This document shows positions 54,872 through 64,000 of a stretch of DNA of 64,000 nt, piece by piece (position 1 is the first letter of the stretch; each line of letters begins with the position of its first letter). Position numbers and translations under genes: made by a program. The notes under the pieces were generated by a model, which worked only from the letters and a program-made list of their open reading frames with translations, was not told the DNA's origin and made no database searches. Origin of the DNA: the human T2T-CHM13v2.0 reference genome, Homo sapiens. The DNA is taken from the NCBI RefSeq assembly GCF_009914755.1, contig NC_060939.1. The stretch is one strand, 5' to 3'.

Positions 54872-57800
54872 GATATGTAACCATTAAGTGACATATAAGC
54901 ATAAACAAAACTGTGCCCAAGAGAATTCACAAGGGTGTGGTTGATTCCAAAGCCTGCCACCTCTCAACAGGAGAAAAACTGACTTATATTCTCATATGTC
55001 ATTTTAAGGGAAGTGTCCAGAGTCATTAGGCTCAAATAAAATATTTCCCTTGAACTTTGCTAAGTGAAGCAAAGAGTGACTGTCTAGATTGTGCTATCCT
55101 GTCAATGGTACCATCTCTTTATCTTCCTTTGCCTAAGAAGATAGCAGCTTGCCATTTGGGAGTATAGTTCCTTGTGTACTTGCCTCTCTTTCCTCTTGCC
55201 AGTAAGATACTCGAGAGGCAGGATTCACATCCGATTCCTCTCTGTACCTCCCAAAGCTCCTACTCCAGAGACCAGTGATATATATGAGTTGACATTTTTC
55301 AAGTTAGTATATCTCAGTTGACCCTCACAACAATAGCTCATGGTTATCAGTAGTATTATTATTCCCATGTTCACAATGAGAAGGCACAGAGAGATTGAAT
55401 GGGCTGCCAGAGGTCACACAGCTGATGAGAGCCAGAGTTGGAATTCAAACCCAGATTTTCAGGTCCCATCTCCCATCTCTTCTTTCATGCCATGGACTGT
55501 CCTTGATATCAAGAGCCCTCATGGCTTGAGCACTGACCACGGGTCACAGTGTCTCTTTTGATTCTCACAGTGACCCTGGAATTTACAGTGCATCATCCCA
55601 GCGTTACAGACTTTTAAATGGGGTACAAGTGGCCAGGTGGCACCCTCCATGTGAGCTGCATGGCTGGGATTGAAGACTCTGGAGCCCATGCTCCTGGCTA
55701 CCCCACCGTCCTGCTAGTCACTGAGCTGAACCTTGCCTAGGTTTGCCTAAAGCAAGAATCACCTCATGCAGGGTGGGTAGGGACGGGGATGGCTGTCCCT
55801 CTGCTGTCTTATCCCAGGAACTTCCAGGTCACCCTGCAGATCTCATCTCGCCTCCTGCCTTACAGCTTAAACTGACCCTTTCTCTTACCTCCTGCTACCT
55901 CTTCTTCCAATAATCCCTAGAACAGATCCTAGCTTCTGTAGCCTCTCTGGGCAGCAGGAATCCTCATCCCCATGAGGTTGAGGATGCCGTGGGAGTGCCG
56001 TTGCTCTGCAGCCTCTCAGGAGGCTCCTGTAACACTTGGCTCCTCTTCCCCTGTCTCCCCTTGCTCTGCAGGTGACAAGCCCTGGACTCCGGTGCGGCTG
56101 GGCCTGGGGCTACCTGAAGGGAGAGCAGAGACTCAGGTGCCCGGTGAGCAATGGCAGTGAGGAGAAGCAGAGAGCAACGCCAGCAAGCAACGCCTCCTGC
56201 CCCTGCTTTTGCTCTTGTGTCTCTTGACCCTGTGAGGTCCAGCAACCATGGGGACTGAGCAGCAGTTGGACTTGGGGGCAGCCGAGCTTCTGGAAAATTT
56301 TAGCTTGTTATTGTGAAGACTTGTGGAATATCCCAAAGTGCTGGCTTTCGGAAAAGGGTGCCTACATTTTCTTCTGCACAGGCTCTGCTGAAGGAGTTTG
56401 CTGCACTCTTGAAAGGACAGGCAAGCTCAGGTCCTCATGGCTCGATCTCTGAGCAGGCCTCTAACCCAGTGAGGACAGCGGTCAACCAGTCTCCAGCTAA
56501 CAGCTTCCTGCAGAGACTTCCAGCATTGTTAGCTAACATGCACTCTTCTGAGGCCTTCAACAGCTGGAAACTGTTTCAGGACTATCTTGCCAGCTAAGAA
56601 GCGGAATCCCAGTTCTTGTTGCCAGGAAGCTTTTAATGGCCAATGGAGAATGCTGTCCTCCCTTGGTGAAAGAATTCCCAAGGAAATTTGGGAATCTTTT
56701 AGGATTCACTTCAATGGAATGTTTCTTGGGACATGTGTCTTCAGGCACTGGAAGCCACTCACGGACAAGAAGGCACGGATGACCCCTTGCTCAGCAATGT
56801 GGGATTAGCCTCTTTGGGCAGGGCAATCTCTCTGCCCCCAGTGGCTTAGACAGCTGGCTCTGAGACATAGCAGAAGGTCTCACAAATGTTAGGAAAAGGG
56901 GGTTGAGCATTATTCCTCCATGTGGAATTATTTTTGTATTTATCCAGAAAGTGACTCTTTTTTGGTCTTTGAAATCATCTGTGATATAATTAGAAGATGT
57001 CAGAGCTTCAATGTCCATGTCACTAACCTCCCCACTCGGTACCTGGGAAGTCTGAGGTCCACAGAAGGAAATGTCTTAATGAGGGTCACCCAACAAGTTA
57101 GGGCAGGAGGGATGCCCCCGCCCAGCCTGCCTCCCATACCCTGCCACCTCCAACCTTGCTGTCTGTCATCTTCCTTTACCAAGGAAGGGCTCCTCTGAAG
57201 CCATGATGATTTGGGGCCCTTTGGCAGCAGACAGCAAACTATTCATACCTTTGGTTTTTCTAAACTGGTGGAGACCTGAGACCAGGGTTCTGGCTTTTCC
57301 ATGAGGACCATAATATGCTCCTATTCCTGCTGTTCCCTTCTTTTCTATTGCAAGGAGCATGAAATGGAGCACTCCTCTTCTGGGGGCCATGGGAAAGGAG
57401 CCATTCCCAGATGCCGTGATGCGTGACTTCAGCAATCTGGCTGAAGTGACTAGAATGGGCCCTGTTGTTCTCGGCAGAGCAGGCTTGGGTCAGGCAGGGC
57501 GGCTGTTAAGAGGACACGGCCGGCATTGATTCTGGGAGTATCGTTTCCTCCCTCCCCCGGCCTCCCAAGCACACCTGTGTGGGAGGTACCAGGCAGAGGG
57601 CCCAGTGTGCTCCTTTCAGTCCCCTTGCCTGTCCCACCTCACTGAACTCGCACAAAGAGCTTCACTTTGAACCGAAAGGTCAGGGGTGACCAGACTTTTC
57701 GCTAAGCTGGTTCAAAGGGAGGAGCCTGGGCCGGGTGAGATAGATTTTGGCCCTTTTCTCAGTGTGGGAGAGTATCTGTTTGTTCCTGGGCACAACTACA

Positions 57801-58004
57801 GTCATATTCAGAGGAGAAATTGCGGAGATGGCATAGAAGCCGAAGCTGGCCACCGCCAAAGCCCGTCTAAGTTCTCTATGTGTGCTACAGAGGGCTTGCA
57901 CAAAGACATCTCTCCAAGTGACATTATAGCCTGAAAAGGAAATCTCACATCTTTTCCTTTATTAAGTTCCTGTCTGTAGGTTTACCTAGACAGATTCCCA
58001 TAGT

Positions 58005-58804
<800 letters not shown>

Positions 58805-59118
58805 TCTTCCTCCTAGATAGATAAGAGGGCTTATAACATGTGGGCATCTATATTTATGTTTCCAATATTATTATCCGGGACTGGATTAGAAGCATAGACT
58901 GATAATGTAAAGGTTAGAAATCAGCCAGTCCACACCCTCATTTTAAAGGTTAGAAAACTGAGATCCAGAGAGATTAAACAGATCATCTGAGATCACACAG
59001 CGAGTTGGTGGAATCTAATTCCCAGCTCATGTTCAGTGGGAGTATTTTTGTTCTGCTCTGTTTCTTAACTTAAGAGAAAAGCTTCATTCTGGAGGGGAAG
59101 GAGTTTTGAGTGCCAAGG

Positions 59119-59148
59119 ATGAAATTCCACCCATCACTCGGTCTCTGA
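59119..59148 (+). promoter_or_regulatory. uORF1 (MKFHPSLGL*) in the 5'UTR exon
   Basis: gccaaggATGaaa...TGA, with A at -3; lies fully inside exon 59075-59233. Confidence 0.6.
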
Positions 59149-59184
59149 GCTGCAGGACACAGGCAGGACAACGGTAGGATTTTC

Positions 59185-59208
59185 ATGCCCCGATCTGCCT
59201 GGCCTTGA
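59185..59208 (+). promoter_or_regulatory. uORF2 (MPRSAWP*) in the 5'UTR exon
   Basis: ttcATGccc...TGA; weak Kozak context. Confidence 0.5.
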
Positions 59209-59308
59209 GTTGTGGCAGCTGGGGAAGCCACTGGTGAGGACGCTGCACTGGAGTGTGGGCTGGCTGAGTGTGCCCATTCTGTCACTGCCTGTCCCGTGTC
59301 TGTGTGTG

Positions 59309-59374
59309 TGCATGTGGCTCTGTTTATCTCCATGTCGGCCCTGTATACTGATTCCAGCCTGCCAAGGCTGCATG
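59309..59374 (+). promoter_or_regulatory. Two RBFOX motifs (TGCATG at 59309-59314 and 59369-59374) plus a UG tract in the 167-nt intron
   Basis: Exact UGCAUG hexamers; the first follows tgtgtgtgtg and the second abuts the putative branch point. Confidence 0.5.
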
Positions 59375-59416
59375 TCTGACTCTGTGTGCTTCTCTTTCAG
59401 GGAGCACACTGCCAGG

Positions 59417-59510
59417 ATGGGAGCTGCTGGGAGGCAGGACTTCCTCTTCAAGGCCATGCTGACCATCAGCTGGCTCACTCTGACCTGCTTCCCTGGGGCC
59501 ACATCCACAG
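59417..59510 (+). CDS. CEMIP: First coding exon of CEMIP (KIAA1199/HYBID), encoding the signal-peptide region; exon spans 59401-59510 and the CDS continues beyond the window
   Basis: Translates to MGAAGRQDFLFKAMLTISWLTLTCFPGATST plus one G, which I recognise as the human CEMIP N-terminus. Acceptor tgcttctctttcag|G at 59400/59401, good Kozak context (aggATGg), donor ACAG|gtgagc at 59510/59511 (phase 1), branch-like ctgac at 59376-59380. Confidence 0.97.
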
Positions 59511-60556
59511 GTGAGCACTGCAAACAGATGGACCTCTGTATCTCAGCATGGAAGGCACGGCCCCTCACTGGAGCAAGGCTGCTTTTGGGGGAGCCAGGAG
59601 AAGGAGCCGTGGGAGTGGGTCAGGGTGCCTGGGCCTTGGCCCGACCTTACTAAACTCCTTGGTCCCCGGCACGTTTCGTCCTGGGCTTCAGTTTCATCAT
59701 CCACAAAATGAAGGGGTTGGACTAGAATCAGGGATTGCAAACTCAGCGCCTACAGAAGCCAGGCCCCTGACACAAATGAGTGAAGCTGACCAGGTAGCGA
59801 CTGTGGTCAACTGGAGAACTGAGACCCTTCTAAAGGGAAACACTGTTCTCACTTCTAGCCAATCGCTACTGCGGGAAGGTGGATCCCCTTTTGCAGGATC
59901 TGAATTTTTAAGAGAAGCCAGAAATCTAGAGCTTTATGTAAAATCTCCCTAGTTTGTAAATGTTACCAATGAATTCAAAATGTAAAAACCACTCTAATAG
60001 GCTGTTAAAAAAAAAAACAAAAACAAAAAAACACGTATCTGAGAAATATCTTTCCAACTCTGTCTGGACCACCTGGTCTCAATGCTCCCTTCCTGCTTTG
60101 GTGTCATAAGATCTGGGTACATTAAAGTACTTTTCAGCTGTAATGCTCTAAGCCAGGTTTAGATCTATTTTTCTATCTCAGCATTGTCAGCTTTTTCTTC
60201 AAGTGATTTTCAATTAACATCTAGAAGTGTAAGGTAAGTTTCCCTGGGCTACAGGAAACACTGATCAGATAATCCAAACTTGGGACAGAAGACAGTGACA
60301 GACAGGGACAATTTTTAAATTTCAAATGGGGGTTTAGTGCTGCAATATTATCATCACCATTGATTGCTCTTTTGTTAATGCTATTTTTATGTCCATTGAG
60401 TTTGATGCTTTTCTATAAGAATAAAGAATCTTACATTGAATTTATATTTTGTTTTTCTCAACCCATTGATAGAAGAGAATAATTGATAACTAGTGAAATT
60501 CCTTCACTGTGATTTTTTGAAGAATCTTTCTGATCCTTAGGGGACATAGCAAGTAG

Positions 60557-60872
<316 letters not shown>

Positions 60873-62420
60873 AGTAGTCCTTATTTTAACCCTCCAGGCA
60901 ATAATTGGCTATATTACCTGAATTTATTCATTTGTCTTTCTTTCATTTATTCAATTAACAAACACAAAGCGAGCATTGACTCTGCCAGGAACTGGGTTTG
61001 GGTTTATCTTTTAGGGTGACTTATCCTAAAAGTGATCCACCTTGGAGAGGTGCCCTCAGGTACTTCCCTTGATTATTTCTTCCCGCATCCTGGCACCTCT
61101 CTTGCTGTTTGCCTATCAGCTATGTGGAAAGGGGCTGAGCCTCTGGTTCCCTCTGGCCTGTGCTTTTCTCTGATGTCAGAGGGATGTAGAAGCCAACCCT
61201 TGCTATTCATGCTCCAAGTAGGTCGGGCTTGCACTCCCTCTCAATCCCGCTTCTGGTGGCCCCTCCTGGGAAAGTGAGGGTGGTTTCCATGGTGATAGTT
61301 CAGCGAAAGCCCTGGCCCTCTTCAGACACTTTCTGATTCATACAAATGAAAAGCCACTGACACTGGCCTTCACCGAGAGGAAAATGTCCAGCTCCAAAAA
61401 AAGGAGTGTCCATTCAAGGCCAATCTTGCACCTGCTGTGCTTTAGCTGTGGTGTCAGAGCTTCTGGAGAGCTGGGATGTGTGCTCACACAGGTCAGACTG
61501 ACCACCTCCAAATCCAGATGCAAAGTCTATGCAAACTCCTGCACTTGGAGAGTGAAAAGAACAGTCAGGATTGTCCTGGCAGATGCGGACTACGAGGCTG
61601 CAAGGCTTTGCCCAGTGGAGTTGCAATGGCTCCTTCCCAGCATATTCATGGCTCCTTGCCTGGACCACTGGGATCCTCAGTTGGCCATATATGTTCCCCA
61701 CGTGGCTGGGAATTCACCACCTTGGAGCCTGACACTCTTGTCCAGGACTTGATGGAAGGCAGCCCAGGGCCTCTGACTGGCCTCTACTGGAATCCAGCCA
61801 AGCACCTGACCCTGTCTGGAGATAAAACCAGCAGTGGGTTTCACAGCCCAGCCCTCATGACCATCCTTGGCTGCTCAGTATCACCGCAGAGAGCCCACCC
61901 CACCACTGGCGACTCTGCTCTTACGTTAAAATGGAAAGTCCACTGATGAGCAAGCCCACGTCTTCCCACATTTTTTCCTTTTGTTGCCACTGCTTGAGCC
62001 CCTTGACATTTACAATAGCTGGAAGAGCTACTTTGGTGAAACTCCAAAAAATGTGAAATTCTTTTCTTGATGAAAGAGATCCAAAGCCTGTGCTAGGGCT
62101 GACAGCAAGGCAGAGGGAGCCTAGAGGAGGGTTGTTATGGGGCTGGAAGCAGGGATGAGGATGAGACCCAGCAAGCGGACACTAAGTGCCTGCACTCTGC
62201 TTTGCAGAGAAGAGAAGGGCCAGTAGCTGCCTTCCAATGGGCAAAGAGGACAACTCAGTGTGGGTGTGGGGTCTGTATCTGGTGCTGCTGAGTGCAGATG
62301 AAGGGGGAGCTTCCTTCCAGTTTTCCTTGACATATATAAATATGGGACAGACACTCCTACTCTGGAGATAGCTGAACAAAAATCAAGGCGCATTTAGAAC
62401 TGACACGCTCATAATTGCAC

Positions 62421-62782
62421 TGTATTAGTCTGTTTTCATGCTGCTGATAAAGACACACCCGCGGCTGGATAATTTGTAAAGAGAAAGAGGTTTAATGGAC
62501 TCACAGTTCCACATGACTGGGGAGGCCTCACAATCATGGTAGAAGGTGAAAGGCACATCTTACAGGGCAGTGGACAAGAGGAAATGAGAACGAAGTGAAA
62601 GGCGATTCCCCTGATAAAACCATCAGATTTCCTGAGACGTATTCACCACCATGAGAACACTATGGAGAAAACCACCCCCATGATTCAATTATATCCCACT
62701 GGGTCCCTCTCACAACACATGGGAATTGTGAGAGCTACAATTCAAGATGAGATTTGGGTGAGGACACAGCCAAACCATAGCA
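62421..62782 (-). mobile_element. THE1 (ERVL-MaLR, THE1B/C-like) solo LTR
   Basis: tgtattagtctgttttcatgctgctgataaagac...gatttgggtgaggacacagccaaaccatagca; TG...CA ends; perfect 5-bp TSD tgcac (62416-62420 / 62783-62787). Confidence 0.93.
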
Positions 62783-64000
62783 TGCACTGAAGCCAGAATC
62801 CCTCCCAGGGTTTCTTTGCTCAAGAGACACCTTCTTTGCTCAAGAGACACAGCCTCTCCTAGGCTCCCTTCTGCAGGGCCTGAGCTGTGAGCTTGCTTCC
62901 ATTCCTTCCAGTACCTGCCCCAGAGTTTCTCATCTGAAACCTTGCTCTGCCATGAGCTTACCTGCACGTCACCTTCCCACCTCCTCACCCCCAACCCGGG
63001 TTAATTTGAAAGCTACTGTTTCATACTTCGCTCCCTTCTGGTCACAGAAAAAAGGAGGGCACTGGGGCTTGTTCTTGGAGCCAGTTCATTCTCATCTTGT
63101 TTTGTCCATTGTCTCTTCCCACCTGTTTCCCTCTGGATTTTCCATGCTATTGATGGAGATTGTTCCAGTTTCTGTGACAGCGCCAGTCCTCCTCACTCAA
63201 GCCCACCTCAGGACACTGCTGGGTCAAGCCTTGTTAGCTATGTGAACATTGAGACTCTTTCCTGTGCTTCTGCAGAGGTCAGGGAGAAGTGCCTCTGCAA
63301 TACCCACCCCCGGTCTTTTTAGGCTCAACTAAACATTCACACTGGTGACCACATGTCACACTGGTCCTCAGACTCCTTTGGAAAATATAGAATAGGAAAC
63401 ACAGATGCCATCAGAGCAGCATCAGCCTCCTCTCTTCCATGGGAATGGTCCTGGCAGCCTTCCAGACAGCCATCTAGAAACTATTCTCTTTGGTTCTCTA
63501 GGTGACAGCTCAGGTGAGAGGAAATCAGACTGTAACTGGACAAGTGTGGAGACCACTGTGTCTTAGAAGCCTCATGCCCCACTGGAGCCAGTAGCAACTC
63601 CGTAGATGTAACTTTCAGGGTTCTTGCAAAATGTCCCATTATAAGAGTCACTGCACTCAGGGAAGCCTACAGTGTGACATCTCCACCACGTATAGATATA
63701 AACTATAGTTCCTCCCAGTTTAGATGACATTCACCAATCAGGGGTCACTTTGTTATAAACAATGTTGCTACGTAACAATTTATATAATACTATCTTTCTC
63801 AGGTTTCCAGGGGAACAGAGCTAGAAAATTAACAAAAGGTCTAATTCTCATGCAGAAAGGGAAAGAGCTTCATTAGCTATTCAAATGTTGCTTTCCAGAA
63901 GACAGAATGTCCTGGAATCTGAGTAGTCTAGGTAAATCATTGCATAACTTCAGAGCTTGGAATGTCCTGAGAAGCCATCTGGTCTACGCTTTATTTATTA

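Larger units (their letters stand above)
59075..59233 (+). other. CEMIP: Non-coding 5'UTR exon of CEMIP (159 nt), probably a cassette exon
   Basis: Pyrimidine-rich acceptor ttctgctctgtttcttaacttaag|A at 59074/59075 and donor CTG|gtgagg at 59233/59234, with a 167-nt intron to the coding exon. Fits my recollection of a CEMIP isoform with an extra 5'UTR exon (not verifiable here). Confidence 0.75.

Noticed and set aside
59210-59653. 147-aa ORF as a standalone gene
   Set aside because: Only 59417-59510 is CEMIP coding; the flanks are intron or UTR read through splice sites.

Overview
Primate (almost certainly human) genomic DNA with no prokaryotic features. The window lies inside the CEMIP (KIAA1199/HYBID, hyaluronan-depolymerising cell migration-inducing protein) gene on the + strand. 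About 59 kb is the distal part of a large 5' intron. It is followed by a 159-nt non-coding exon (59075-59233), a 167-nt intron, the first coding exon (59401-59510; ATG at 59417, MGAAGRQDFLFKAMLTISWLTLTCFPGATST) and the start of the next intron. The MIR549A hairpin is at 27526-27621. Most of the rest is interspersed repeat: about 17 Alus plus MIR, L2, old L1, MaLR LTRs (MLT1, THE1), hAT MERs, a half MADE1 and microsatellites. Apart from the CEMIP exon, the ORF track is chance or Alu-derived. The best leads are hypotheses: (1) a 5'UTR exon with two uORFs followed by a short intron with two RBFOX motifs, a possible splicing-controlled translation switch; (2) a strand-symmetric miR-549 hairpin built from a MIR tail, with paired CCAAT boxes just upstream; (3) two dispersed direct duplications and an overlapping double palindrome clustered at 23.6-31.8 kb; (4) four exact TCF/LEF AGATCAAAG sites; (5) inverted Alus bracketing the first coding exon. 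Repeat subfamily calls are by eye and their boundaries are approximate.
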